From Actinomycetota bacterium (GTDB lineage: Bacteria > Actinomycetota > UBA4738 > HRBIN12), in contig DASQWI010000007.1 in assembly GCA_035640355.1 (NCBI GenBank), positions 10,166-74,165 of the forward strand: DNA of 64,000 bases, written 5' to 3'. Under the pieces are notes generated by a model. That model was not told the DNA's origin and ran no database searches. It worked only from the letters and a program-made list of their open reading frames with translations. Below are positions 1 to 9,646 of this stretch, in pieces. The translations under genes and the position numbers were made by a program. The first letter of the stretch is position 1, and every line of letters starts with the position of its first letter.

Positions 1-924
1 GCTCCCGCCGCCGAGGAACGGATCGAGGTCGAGGGGTTCCTCATGCCCGCGGTCGCCGACCGTCATGTGCACATCCGCTTATCCGATCCCGCAGCCGTCC
101 TGTTCGGCGGTGTCGCGGCGGTTCGCGACCTGGCGTGGACGCCAGACGAGATCTTCGCGCTGGCCGGCGCGTCGGAGCTTCCGAGCTTCAACGGCCCGAT
201 CATCCGTGCGGCCGGCCCGATGCTCACCGGGAAGGGCGGCTACCCGACGCAGGATCGGTGGGCTCCGCCGGGGACGGGCGTCGAGCTCGACGGACCCGAC
301 CATGCGCGACGCGTGGTAACGGAGCTCGCCGGCCGAGGCGCGGCGGCCATCAAGGTCTCTTTGAACGTCGAAGCTGGGCCCACGCCGAGCGACGGTGAGC
401 TCGCGTCGATCGTCGAGACCGCGCACGCACGCGCTCTCCTGGTGACGGCGCACGTTCAGGGGCGGGGTCAGGCCGAGCGCGCCGTGAGCGCGGGGATCGA
501 CGAGTTCGCGCACACGCCGTGGACCGAGCGGCTGTCCGAATCGCTGATCGACGCGGCCGCGCGTTCGATGCGCATCGTCTCGACGCTCGACATCCTGTCG
601 TACGGCAACATCACGCCGGAGCTTCGGACTGCTTGCGACAACCTCGCTCGGTTCAGAGCCGCCGGCGGGGTCGTCGTCTACGGGACCGATCTGGGGAACG
701 GTCCGATCCCGCCCGGGATCCACGTCCGCGAGGCGCTCTTGCTGCACGAGGCCGTCCGCATGGCGCCCGAAGAGGTCATGACCGCAATGACCGCGACGGT
801 CCTGGAACCGGGTGCCCCGGCCGACGTGATCGCGATCGACGGAGACCCGCTGAAACAGGTCGAGGCCCTCGGGCGAGTGCGTCTCGTCGTGCGGGCCGGC
901 CGCGTCGTCACAACAGGCTCGTGA
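1..924 (+). CDS. Amidohydrolase-family metal-dependent hydrolase; 5' end probably outside the window, as the frame is open from nt 1
   Basis: Track ORF 43..924. The in-frame upstream codons have no stop and read ...IEVEGFLMPAVADRHVHI, the classic G-x-PGfID-x-HvH amidohydrolase metal-binding start. Later conserved His and Asp residues (TAHV, EFAH, YGTD) are present. Confidence 0.6.
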   Translation, partial: APAAEERIEVEGFLMPAVADRHVHIRLSDPAAVLFGGVAAVRDLAWTPDEIFALAGASELPSFNGPIIRAAGPMLTGKGGYPTQDRWAPPGTGVELDGPDHARRVVTELAGRGAAAIKVSLNVEAGPTPSDGELASIVETAHARALLVTAHVQGRGQAERAVSAGIDEFAHTPWTERLSESLIDAAARSMRIVSTLDILSYGNITPELRTACDNLARFRAAGGVVVYGTDLGNGPIPPGIHVREALLLHEAVRMAPEEVMTAMTATVLEPGAPADVIAIDGDPLKQVEALGRVRLVVRAGRVVTTGS

Positions 925-2089
925 GCTCCGCGAAGCAGCGGTCGATGTCCTGCTCCGTGTTGAAGAAGTGAGGGCTGATGCGAAGTCCGTCTCCTCGGTA
1001 GTCGGTGCACACGTTCCGTTCGAGGAGCGCATGACAGAGCTTCGCCGCCTCGGGTCCGACGCCGACGTTCACGACGCCGCCCCTCGCGTTCCGGTCGCGC
1101 GGCGTGCGGACGGGAAGGCCGATCTCGTCGGCCCGAGCGATGAGGTGATCGGTGAGCTCACCCTGACGCTGTCGAATCCGTTCGGGAGTGACCTCCTCGA
1201 TGACGTCGAGACCACCCTGCGCGACGAAGTACACCGCCGCCGGCGGCGTGCCGTGCTCGAACCGCCGCGCGGTCGGGTGGAACTCGAGGTGCTGCGTGTC
1301 GAACGAGAACGGCTCGACCGTGGCGAACCACCCGGTCACCGTCGGTTCCAACGCAGGGATCAAGTCGCGCCGGACGTACAGGAACGCGAGCCCCGGCCCG
1401 CCGCACAGCCACTTCAGCACGCCGGTCGCGTACGCGTCGCATCCAACATCGTGCAGGTCGAGCGGCAGGATGCCGATGCCGTGATAGTCGTCGAGGAGCG
1501 TGAGCGCGCCGCGCTCGCGCGCGATCGTGCAGATCTCCTTCGCGTCCACGATCGCGCTCGACCGATACAGCACGCGGTTCACCATCACCACGGCCGTCCG
1601 TTCGTCGATCGCGCGGTCGTACTCCTCGACCGGGATCGTGAGGCCGTCCGGCGAGCGCAACCACTCGATCTCGATCCCGCGCCGTCGCTGCGCGAGCCAC
1701 ACGTGGCCGTCGGTCGGGAAGTCGAGCTCGGAGAGGATGACCTTGTTGCGCCGGCTGAAGTCGAGCGCGGAGGCGAATGTCGAGATGGCGATGGAGATGT
1801 TCGTGGTGATCGCGAGCTCGTCGACGTCACAACCGGCCAGGCGGGCGAACGTCCGCTTCACCTCCAGCATCCTCGGGAAGATGTCCTCGAACCACACATG
1901 GTCCGGTGCGCCCTTGCTCGCCCACGCGTCGAGGTAGCCGTCCAGGTACGTGCGCCCGCGGTTGGAGATCGGACCCAGCGACGCGCTGATCAGGTAGGTC
2001 TTCTTCGAGAGCACCGGGAACTCGTCCCGGTAGGACTCCAGGCTCCGCTCAGGCGTCGTCGCGCTCCCGGTCGGACGGGTCGTCCCCAT
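908..2089 (-). CDS. Aminotransferase class V-fold PLP-dependent enzyme (cysteine desulfurase / isopenicillin-N epimerase / kynureninase-like)
   Basis: 393 aa ORF. The N-terminal YRDEFPVL...TYL.SAS motif and overall length are typical of class V aminotransferase-fold enzymes. The start codon is uncertain. Confidence 0.55.
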   Translation of the reverse strand: MGTTRPTGSATTPERSLESYRDEFPVLSKKTYLISASLGPISNRGRTYLDGYLDAWASKGAPDHVWFEDIFPRMLEVKRTFARLAGCDVDELAITTNISIAISTFASALDFSRRNKVILSELDFPTDGHVWLAQRRRGIEIEWLRSPDGLTIPVEEYDRAIDERTAVVMVNRVLYRSSAIVDAKEICTIARERGALTLLDDYHGIGILPLDLHDVGCDAYATGVLKWLCGGPGLAFLYVRRDLIPALEPTVTGWFATVEPFSFDTQHLEFHPTARRFEHGTPPAAVYFVAQGGLDVIEEVTPERIRQRQGELTDHLIARADEIGLPVRTPRDRNARGGVVNVGVGPEAAKLCHALLERNVCTDYRGDGLRISPHFFNTEQDIDRCFAELTSLL

Positions 2090-2354
2090 GCTCGAGCAGG
2101 TAATCGACGTACAGCGGCCGGAGCGCGTCGGCCAGCTCGCCGCGGTCGGCGTCGACCAGATCGTTCAGCAGCGCGAGCGGACGAATGATGTCGCTCTCGC
2201 TTCGCTCCTCGTCGCCGGTGGCCGCGCGGGCCTCTGGGATCGTCTTCAACAGGTCCCACAGGAACGAGACGTCGAGGCGGCGCCAGGCGAGACGCGTGGC
2301 GCGATCGTGTAGCTCCGGAGACGACAGCGATTCGAGCTCGGCGCGGTCGGGCAC
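2049..2354 (-). CDS. Small hypothetical protein (101 aa), acidic
   Basis: ORF with high GC3 codon bias consistent with genuine coding. It overlaps the downstream PLP enzyme ORF by about 40 nt. No recognisable domain. Confidence 0.35.
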   Translation of the reverse strand: MPDRAELESLSSPELHDRATRLAWRRLDVSFLWDLLKTIPEARAATGDEERSESDIIRPLALLNDLVDADRGELADALRPLYVDYLLEHGDDPSDRERDDA

Positions 2355-2380
2355 GGCAGAAGCCTAGCGCCCCGCAGCGG

Positions 2381-3712
2381 TCACGCGATCAGGTACCGGG
2401 CGACGCCGACGAGGCCGCTCCCCAGGACGACCCACGCGACGTTCACCCGCCACACGCGGAGCGCGACGAACGCCGCGGCGGCGACGGCGATTGCGAGCAG
2501 ATCGGCGGAAGTGATCACCGGCAGGACGACGTCGTTGCCGGCGAACCGCTCGACGGCGCGCTCGTCGAACAGCACGCCGATGGCGAAGACGACGGCGAGG
2601 TTGGCGATGACGCCGACTACTGCGGCCGTGATCGCGGCGAGCGCCGCGCCCAAGCGCACGTTCCCGCGGAGACGCTCGACGGACGGCGCGCCGAGGAAGA
2701 TCCACAGGAAGCTGGGGACGAACGTCGCCCATGCCGTCACGATCGCCCCCACGACGCCGGCGGAAGGCGGCCCGAGCGATCCAGGATCGCGATACGCCGC
2801 AACGAAACCCACGAAGACCACAACGAGGATCAGCGGCCCGGGAGTCGTCTCCGCCAGGCTGAGACCGACGGCCATCTCGCCGGAGGTGAGCCATCCGAAG
2901 CGTGTCACCGCCGCCTGGTTCAGGTATGCGAGGGCGGCGTAGGCACCGCCGAACGTCACCAGCGCCAGCAGGGAGAAGAACGCCGCCTCGTCGGCGATGA
3001 CGCCGTCGGTCCCGGTCACGACCACGGCGAGCGCCAGCGGCCCGAGCCACACGACCACCCCGATCACCAGGACGCGCATCGTTCGCCGCCACGTCGGCCG
3101 AACGTCCGGCCGTCCCACCGGTCCGACGTCGACCGCGCCGGTCGACGGGGCGGTCAGCCGGTCGCCCGCGACGAACCCGAATACCCCGGCGGCCAGCACG
3201 ATCGCGGGGAACGGCACGCCGAAGGCGAACAGCGCGACGAACGCGGCGATGGCGATCGCGACGGCAGCCGGAGTATGGAGCGCGCGCGTACCGATGCGGA
3301 CGAGGGCAGCCGTAACGATCCCGACGACACCCCACGCCAGGCCCTGGAAGATCGCCGAGACCCAGCCGACGTCGCCGTGTACCGCGTAGACCCACGACAG
3401 GGCAACGATCAACACGAACGCCGGAAGCAGGAAGAAGACGCCGGCGGCGACGGCGCCGGGAGCTCCGTTCAGCAGCCAGCCGACGTAGATCGCAAGCTGG
3501 TGCGCCTCGGGACCGGGCAAGAGCATGGCGAAGTTCAGCGCGTGGAGGAACCTCGGCTCGTCGATCCATCGGCGCCGCTCGACGAGCTCGTCGTGCATGA
3601 TCGCGATCTGGCCCGTGGGTCCGCCAAAGTTGATGAACCCTAGTCGGACCCAGAACCGAAGCGTCTGACGGAAGGGCACTTCCTTGTCGGCCAGGCGTGT
3701 CGGTGGCGGCAC
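2381..3712 (-). CDS. chrA: Chromate ion transporter ChrA, full-length two-domain form
   Basis: 443 aa multi-TM protein. The N-terminus FRQTLRFWVRLGFINFGGPTGQIAIMHDELVERRRWIDEPRFLHALNFAMLLPGPEAHQLAIYVGW is the CHR family signature, and the C-terminal half repeats the motif. Confidence 0.85.
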   Translation of the reverse strand: MPPPTRLADKEVPFRQTLRFWVRLGFINFGGPTGQIAIMHDELVERRRWIDEPRFLHALNFAMLLPGPEAHQLAIYVGWLLNGAPGAVAAGVFFLLPAFVLIVALSWVYAVHGDVGWVSAIFQGLAWGVVGIVTAALVRIGTRALHTPAAVAIAIAAFVALFAFGVPFPAIVLAAGVFGFVAGDRLTAPSTGAVDVGPVGRPDVRPTWRRTMRVLVIGVVVWLGPLALAVVVTGTDGVIADEAAFFSLLALVTFGGAYAALAYLNQAAVTRFGWLTSGEMAVGLSLAETTPGPLILVVVFVGFVAAYRDPGSLGPPSAGVVGAIVTAWATFVPSFLWIFLGAPSVERLRGNVRLGAALAAITAAVVGVIANLAVVFAIGVLFDERAVERFAGNDVVLPVITSADLLAIAVAAAAFVALRVWRVNVAWVVLGSGLVGVARYLIA

Positions 3713-3754
3713 GCGCCGATGCTCCCACGGCGACGAACGATGAGGGCGAGCTCG

Positions 3755-4705
3755 CTACGCGGTAGCGTCGCTCGGACGAGCAACGATGCGATCGGTCCCC
3801 AGGATGGCGAACGCGCCGAAGGATCCGAACGTCTTCGGACACATCTTGGGCAGCACGAGCGAAAGGAACAGGACCGCGCCGACCGCGAACGGCGCGGCGA
3901 ACGCGAACGTGACCGGCGCCGGCGTTTCGGCGAGGGCCACCCCTCCGACCGCGATGTTCCACATGGCGTGGATCACGGCCGGCATCCAGATCGACCCGGT
4001 GGCGGCGCGGACGCGGCAGAGGAACAGCCCCAGACAGAACACGACGATCAACGCGGCCGCCATCTCGGCCGCCGTGCGGTCTTCCCAAACGAAGCGGGGG
4101 ACGTGCGCCATCGCGAACAGGGCGCTGGAGCCGATCACCGCGCTCGTCCCCCCGAGGCGCATCGCCGCCCAGTGGAACACCACCCCGCGGAAGACCACCT
4201 CCTCGCGGAGTGCACCGAGCGCGCTACTCGCCGCCAGGACGAGAGCAAAGGAGCTGCCGTTCGGACTTCCACCCGGCCATTCGGCGGACGCTGCGGCGAC
4301 CGCCACGGCCGCGAGCGGGATGAGCGCCCACGCCGACCGGACGCCGCGCCCCATTCCGGCGGGTCGCCACCAAGCCAGGGCGGCAACGATCGCCAGCCAC
4401 ATCGCCAGGCGCAGCGCATCGACGCCGGCGAGCCACCAGACGGCGCGCATCGGCGTGGCTCCCCGAGGCACCCAGGCACCGAGCGCGTGCGTCGCCCACG
4501 TCGCGGCGCCGAGCAGCAGCGCGATCGCCAGGAGCGATGGGTCCGTTCCGTGGCGCCCCGCCGATGGAGGCCACGATCGGACCGGCGAGCCGGTGAGCAC
4601 GACGTCCTCCATGCCGTCGTCATCGGCGAGCCCGTATGGGTCCTGAAGACGCCCCGGAGGCCATGTCGCCGCCGCCCGTACAATGCGGCGGGTGGGCACC
4701 GACAA
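3755..4705 (-). CDS. CPBP-family (CAAX/Abi) intramembrane metalloprotease
   Basis: 316 aa polytopic membrane protein with the EEVVFRG motif and a downstream FAMAHV motif (CPBP motifs EExxxR and FxxxH). Confidence 0.65.
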   Translation of the reverse strand: MSVPTRRIVRAAATWPPGRLQDPYGLADDDGMEDVVLTGSPVRSWPPSAGRHGTDPSLLAIALLLGAATWATHALGAWVPRGATPMRAVWWLAGVDALRLAMWLAIVAALAWWRPAGMGRGVRSAWALIPLAAVAVAAASAEWPGGSPNGSSFALVLAASSALGALREEVVFRGVVFHWAAMRLGGTSAVIGSSALFAMAHVPRFVWEDRTAAEMAAALIVVFCLGLFLCRVRAATGSIWMPAVIHAMWNIAVGGVALAETPAPVTFAFAAPFAVGAVLFLSLVLPKMCPKTFGSFGAFAILGTDRIVARPSDATA

Positions 4706-7562
4706 GCTTGTGATTCACGGCGCCCGTGAGCACAACCTCAAGAACGTCACGCTCGAGCTTCCGCGCGACAAGCTGATCGTGTTCACGGGCCTGTCCGGCT
4801 CCGGGAAGAGCTCGCTGGCCTTCGACACCATCTATGCGGAGGGTCAGCGCCGCTACGTGGAGTCGCTCTCCGCGTACGCCCGCCAGTTCCTGGGGCAGAT
4901 GGAGAAGCCCGACGTCGACTTCATCGAGGGCCTCTCGCCGGCCATCTCGATCGACCAGAAGTCGACCTCGAAGAACCCGCGGTCCACGGTGGGGACGATC
5001 ACCGAGATCTACGACTACCTCCGCGTCCTCTACGCCCGGATCGGCCACCCGCACTGCCCGAAGTGCGGCCGGCCGATCGGTCGCCAGACACCCGAGCAGA
5101 TCGTCGACCAGGTCATGCAGCTCCCCGAGGGCACCCGGTTCCAGGTGCTCGCTCCCGTCGTTCGGGGCCGGAAGGGGGAGTACGAGAAGCTCCTTGAGGA
5201 CTTGGGGCGGAAGGGGTTCGTCCGGGCTCGCGTCGACGGCGAGCTCCACGACCTCTCGGAGCCCATCCGGCTGCCCCGCCACTACAAGCACACGATCGAG
5301 GTGGTCGTCGACCGCCTGATCGCCAAGCCCGACATCCGGCGTCGCATCGCCGACTCGGTGGAGACCGCGCTCGAGCTCACCGAGGGCCTCGTGGCGATCG
5401 CCGTGCAGACCCATGACGGCGAGGACGTCCAGACGTACAGCGAGAAGCTCGCCTGCCCATACGACGGTCTGTCGTTCGACGAGCTGCAGCCGCGGAACTT
5501 CTCGTTCAACTCGCCCTACGGCGCCTGCCCGACGTGCGACGGGCTCGGTACCCGTCTGGAGGTCGACGCCGAGCTCCTCGTCCCGGACCCGGACCTGTCG
5601 ATCGAGGAGGGCGCGATCGCGCCGTGGGCGGGGACGAGGTTGGAGTACTGGTACCGCGTTCTGGAGGCCGTGGGGCAGGCGCACCGATTCTCGCTCGATA
5701 CGCCGTGGAAGAGGCTGTCGAAGACGGCGCGCGAGGTCGTTCTGCACGGCACCGACAAGGAGATCTACGTTCGGTACAAGAACAGGTACGGACGCGTCCG
5801 GTCGTACTGGACGACATACGAGGGCGTGCTCGCCTCGGTCGAGCGGCGCCACGCGGAGACCGAGTCCGACGCCCAGCGTGACAAGCTCGAGCAGTTCATG
5901 CGAGAGGTGCCGTGCCGCACGTGCGGTGGCGCCCGCCTCAAGGCCGAGTCGCTCGCGGTGACCGTCGGCGGGGTCAACATCTCGCAGCTCACGACGATGT
6001 CGATCCGCGACACGTTCACGTTCACCGGCACGATGGATCTCAGCGAGCGCGAGCACATGATCGCCGAGCGCCTGCTGAAGGAGATCCGCGAGCGTCTGCA
6101 GTTCCTCGTGGACGTGGGGCTCGACTACCTGACGCTCTCGCGCGCGTCGGCGACGCTCGCCGGCGGCGAGGCGCAGCGGATCCGGCTGGCCACGCAGATC
6201 GGGAGCGGTCTCGTCGGCGTGCTGTACATCCTCGACGAGCCGTCGATCGGTCTGCACCAGCGCGACAACCGCCGGCTGATCGACACGTTGGAACGGCTTC
6301 GCGACCTCGGGAACACGCTGATCGTCGTGGAGCACGACGAGGCGACGATCGCGGCCGCCGACCACGTCGTCGACATCGGTCCCGGTGCGGGCAACGCGGG
6401 AGGGGACATCGTCTACACCGGCGACCTGAAGGGCTTGCTCGAGGCCGAGGACTCGCTGACGGGCGCGTTCCTGTCGGGACGCCGCGTGATCCCCACGCCC
6501 GAGGTCCGACGCCCGCCCGGCGACCGGTGGCTGAAAGTGCTCGGCGCGAGCGAGCACAACCTGAAGGGCGTCGATCTGGAGATCCCGCTCGGGCTGTTCG
6601 TCTGCGTGACCGGGGTGAGCGGCTCGGGCAAGTCCACGCTGGTGCAGGAGGTCCTGCTCCGAGCCCTGATGCAGAAGGTGTACCGGTCTCGTGCGCTGCC
6701 GGGGAAGCATCGCCGGCTGGTCGGCTGGGAGGAGATCGACAAGGTGATCGACATCGACCAGTCGCCGATCGGCCGCACGCCGCGGTCGAACCCGGCCACA
6801 TACACGGGACTGTTCGACGCCGTGAGGACGCTCTACAGCCAGGTACCGGACGCTCGCGTCCGCGGGTACAACCCCGGCCGGTTCAGCTTCAACGTCCGCG
6901 GGGGACGGTGCGAGAACTGCGCCGGAGACGGACAGATCAAGATCGAGATGCACTTCCTTCCCGATGTGTACGTGACCTGCGAGGTGTGCAAGGGCCGCCG
7001 CTACAACCGCGAGACGCTCGAGGTTCGATACAAGAACCGCTCGATCGCAGACGTGCTCGAGATGAGCGTCGACGAGGCGCTCGAGTTCTTCCAGAACATC
7101 CCGGTGATCAAGCGTCACCTCCAGACGCTGTCGGACGTCGGGCTCGGCTACGTCAAGCTCGGGCAGCCGGCGCCGACTCTTTCGGGCGGCGAGGCGCAAC
7201 GGATCAAGCTCTCCTCGGAGCTCCAAAAGCGCGCGACCGGCAACACGCTGTACGTGCTGGACGAACCAACGACCGGGTTGCACTTCGAGGATGTCCGGAA
7301 GTTGCTCGGCGTCCTGCAGCGGCTCGTTGGGCAGGGGAACACTGTGCTCGTGATCGAGCACAACCTGGACGTGGTGAAGACCGCCGACTGGATCGTCGAT
7401 CTCGGGCCCGAGGGCGGAGACGCGGGCGGAGAGATCGTCGTCGCCGGTTCGCCCGAGACCGTTGCATCGCACGCGACTTCGCATACCGGCCAGTTCCTCG
7501 AACAGGTCGTGGGGACGTTGCCCCTTGAGGTCGTCGGCGCGGGCTCCACGGGGCGTTCGTAG
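4683..7562 (+). CDS. uvrA: Excinuclease ABC subunit A
   Basis: 959 aa. Two ABC ATPase modules ([14 protein letters not shown] and [10 protein letters not shown]), zinc-finger cysteines and a typical UvrA N-terminus ([15 protein letters not shown]). Confidence 0.97.
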   Translation: MRRVGTDKLVIHGAREHNLKNVTLELPRDKLIVFTGLSGSGKSSLAFDTIYAEGQRRYVESLSAYARQFLGQMEKPDVDFIEGLSPAISIDQKSTSKNPRSTVGTITEIYDYLRVLYARIGHPHCPKCGRPIGRQTPEQIVDQVMQLPEGTRFQVLAPVVRGRKGEYEKLLEDLGRKGFVRARVDGELHDLSEPIRLPRHYKHTIEVVVDRLIAKPDIRRRIADSVETALELTEGLVAIAVQTHDGEDVQTYSEKLACPYDGLSFDELQPRNFSFNSPYGACPTCDGLGTRLEVDAELLVPDPDLSIEEGAIAPWAGTRLEYWYRVLEAVGQAHRFSLDTPWKRLSKTAREVVLHGTDKEIYVRYKNRYGRVRSYWTTYEGVLASVERRHAETESDAQRDKLEQFMREVPCRTCGGARLKAESLAVTVGGVNISQLTTMSIRDTFTFTGTMDLSEREHMIAERLLKEIRERLQFLVDVGLDYLTLSRASATLAGGEAQRIRLATQIGSGLVGVLYILDEPSIGLHQRDNRRLIDTLERLRDLGNTLIVVEHDEATIAAADHVVDIGPGAGNAGGDIVYTGDLKGLLEAEDSLTGAFLSGRRVIPTPEVRRPPGDRWLKVLGASEHNLKGVDLEIPLGLFVCVTGVSGSGKSTLVQEVLLRALMQKVYRSRALPGKHRRLVGWEEIDKVIDIDQSPIGRTPRSNPATYTGLFDAVRTLYSQVPDARVRGYNPGRFSFNVRGGRCENCAGDGQIKIEMHFLPDVYVTCEVCKGRRYNRETLEVRYKNRSIADVLEMSVDEALEFFQNIPVIKRHLQTLSDVGLGYVKLGQPAPTLSGGEAQRIKLSSELQKRATGNTLYVLDEPTTGLHFEDVRKLLGVLQRLVGQGNTVLVIEHNLDVVKTADWIVDLGPEGGDAGGEIVVAGSPETVASHATSHTGQFLEQVVGTLPLEVVGAGSTGRS

Positions 7563-7601
7563 GCGGGTGGTACGAACCGACCTGTAGGATTGCGCCCGCT
7601 C

Positions 7602-9551
7602 ATGCCCCGAAAGGCCTTGCCGTTCGCGTTCGTCCTCGCGCTGATCGCAGCGGCATGCGCCTCACCGCAACATGCGGAAGTCGAGTTCGGATCCGGCGCC
7701 CGCTTCGTCCCCTTGGTCGCCGATTCGCTGAACGACGCGGGTCGCCACGTCCAGGTGGCGATCGATCAGGAAGGTCGGCCGCTCGTCGCGTACTTCGCAT
7801 TCGCGGAGGAGACGGCCGAGGGGGTCCTCCCGCAGACCCGACCGGTCGGCGCGCCGTCGATCCCCGGCGTGCTGATGGCGACCCTGAACGAGGACGGGAT
7901 CTGGACGCGCGGTGCGATCGCGCTCCAGGGCCAGATCACGGGCGTCGACGTCCCGTTCAACCCGGCATTCGACCCGGCGATCGCCGATCTCACGGCAGAG
8001 AACGTCACGGGCCTCGACATGGTGGTCGACGGCGATCGGTTCCACGCCGTGTGGGGTTCGAACGCGGGCGCGTTCTACGCGACGGGCTCGACGGACCCGA
8101 GCACGACGGAGCAGGTCCGGATCGAACAGGTGACCGAGACGCCGCCGTACGGGGTGTCGATCGGCGTGGTCGGGAGCACGCCGTGGGTCAGCTACTACAC
8201 GTCGACGTCGGAGCGCGCATCCGTTGAGCTCGCCACGAAGACGGACGACAAGTGGCAGGTCGACGCGATCGCCGACGCCCCCGGCTGTGAGAACTGCCAA
8301 ACCGCCGTGATGGGGGCGGGTGGCGAAATCATCGTCGCGTATGCCGATGGTGCAGGGGTCCAGGTGGCGAGGAACGACGGTGAGAACGGCTGGGTCAGCA
8401 CGGGCGTCGGCCACGGCCTCGGTGGAGAAGGTATCTCCGGCGCGGGCACGGAGGATGGCTTCGCGTTGTCGTTCTACGAGAACGATCGCGTCACGATCCT
8501 CGTGCAGTCGCTGGACGGCGAGGGGACCTCCTCGCAGATCGACGTGAGCCCGGAGTCCGATACCCCGCCCGGCGCCCGAACCTCCATCGCCGTCGAAGAG
8601 AACGGTGACGTCTGGGTCGCCTGGTACGACACGACGCAGGGCGTCGGGTTCGCGTCGGGGCCCGCGGACGACCTCACGCGCATCGACACCGGAGCAGACA
8701 CCGCTACGGGAGCGATGCCGTCTGTGGCCGTCACGCCCGATGGCGAGGCGGTCTACCTCGCCTGGTACGACACCCAGCACGAGGATGTCCTGCTTGGAAG
8801 CTACGGCGAGATCGAGGGCCTCGCGCTCGCCGAACCCAGCCCCGAGCCGACGCCGGAGCCGGCCGCCCCCGCACCGCAGCCGGAGGGCGATTGCACGCCG
8901 GTCTCCGACGGCGTCCTGGAGATCACGGCCCAGGGCCTCGAGTTCGATACCGGTTGTGTCGACGTGGCAGCCGGCGAACCGTTCACGATCGCGTTCACGA
9001 ACGAGGACCCCGACCAGCACAACGTCGCGATCTACCCGAGCCCCGAGGAGCTCACTGATCCGCTGTTCCGGGGAGACATCATCGCTGGCCCCGACACCGT
9101 CGAGTACCCGCCCGTCGACCCGCTCGACCCCGGCGAGTACTACTTCCAGTGCGACGTCCATCCAACGACGATGAACGGCACCGTTGTCGCCGACGAGGGC
9201 GGGGGGGACGGCGGCGGCGGGGGAGGTGGCGCCGGAGGCGGTGAGAGCGGCGGAGGCGCTGGGGGCGACCAGGGCGCGGCCGTCACGGTCACGGCGCAGA
9301 ACATCTCGTTCGACACCGACACCATCGAGCTGCCCACCGAGACCGAGAGCACGATCACCCTCGTGAACGAGGACACCGTGCCGCACAACATCGCGATCTA
9401 CACGGACGACACGGTCGCGGAGAACCTGTTCCGCGGCGAGACCGTCACCGGCGACACGATCGACTACACGGTCCCTCCGCTCGACGCCGGCGAGTACTAC
9501 TTCCAGTGCGACGTCCATCCGACGATGAACGGATCCGCCGTCGTCGGCTGA
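7602..9551 (+). CDS. Secreted lipoprotein with a beta-propeller-like N-terminal region and two tandem C-terminal cupredoxin (type-1 copper-like) domains
   Basis: Signal peptide with lipobox (MPRKALPFAFVLALIAAAC). The track start at 7590 is a TTG; the ATG at 7602 is preferred. The N-terminal region has repeated beta-strand blades. Two homologous ~100 aa C-terminal domains each carry a H...C..H..M ligand set (HNVAIY...YYFQCDVHPTTM and HNIAIY...YYFQCDVHPTM). They are joined by a Gly-rich linker. Confidence 0.75.
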   Translation: MPRKALPFAFVLALIAAACASPQHAEVEFGSGARFVPLVADSLNDAGRHVQVAIDQEGRPLVAYFAFAEETAEGVLPQTRPVGAPSIPGVLMATLNEDGIWTRGAIALQGQITGVDVPFNPAFDPAIADLTAENVTGLDMVVDGDRFHAVWGSNAGAFYATGSTDPSTTEQVRIEQVTETPPYGVSIGVVGSTPWVSYYTSTSERASVELATKTDDKWQVDAIADAPGCENCQTAVMGAGGEIIVAYADGAGVQVARNDGENGWVSTGVGHGLGGEGISGAGTEDGFALSFYENDRVTILVQSLDGEGTSSQIDVSPESDTPPGARTSIAVEENGDVWVAWYDTTQGVGFASGPADDLTRIDTGADTATGAMPSVAVTPDGEAVYLAWYDTQHEDVLLGSYGEIEGLALAEPSPEPTPEPAAPAPQPEGDCTPVSDGVLEITAQGLEFDTGCVDVAAGEPFTIAFTNEDPDQHNVAIYPSPEELTDPLFRGDIIAGPDTVEYPPVDPLDPGEYYFQCDVHPTTMNGTVVADEGGGDGGGGGGGAGGGESGGGAGGDQGAAVTVTAQNISFDTDTIELPTETESTITLVNEDTVPHNIAIYTDDTVAENLFRGETVTGDTIDYTVPPLDAGEYYFQCDVHPTMNGSAVVG

Positions 9552-9646
9552 TCTGGGTATTCAACCCGGTGTTTCATCGATGAACGGCACGTGACGACCA
9601 GTCTCGCTTCGGAAGGAGCGTTCCGGGCCGGTCCTACAATGGGCGT

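Noticed and set aside
2364-4088. 574-aa minus-strand ORF overlapping chrA and the CPBP gene
   Set aside because: Arg/Gly/Pro-rich, low-complexity translation typical of an out-of-frame read through high-GC coding DNA. Well-supported ChrA and CPBP genes occupy the same DNA.
4620-7484. 954-aa minus-strand ORF antisense to uvrA. Similar long antisense ORFs occur at 7662..9518, 9497..11296, 12465..14024, 14418..16694, 16757..18724, 25934..26779, 36564..37505 and 59903..62716
   Set aside because: These are shadow ORFs. In 70% GC DNA, stop codons are rare on the antisense strand, and the translations are low-complexity R/G/A/P/D-rich with no motifs. The sense-strand genes are unambiguous.
7590-7601. 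TTG start at 7590 for the cupredoxin lipoprotein, as in the track
   Set aside because: The ATG at 7602 gives a canonical n-region/h-region/lipobox signal peptide (MPRKALPFAFVLALIAAAC). The TTG would only add MRPL and is a rarer initiator. The 7590 start remains a possible alternative.
9190-9285. GGC/GGG/GGA-rich repeat that could be taken for a simple-sequence repeat
   Set aside because: It is in frame inside the lipoprotein gene and encodes the poly-Gly linker between the two cupredoxin domains. It is not a microsatellite or CRISPR-like repeat.
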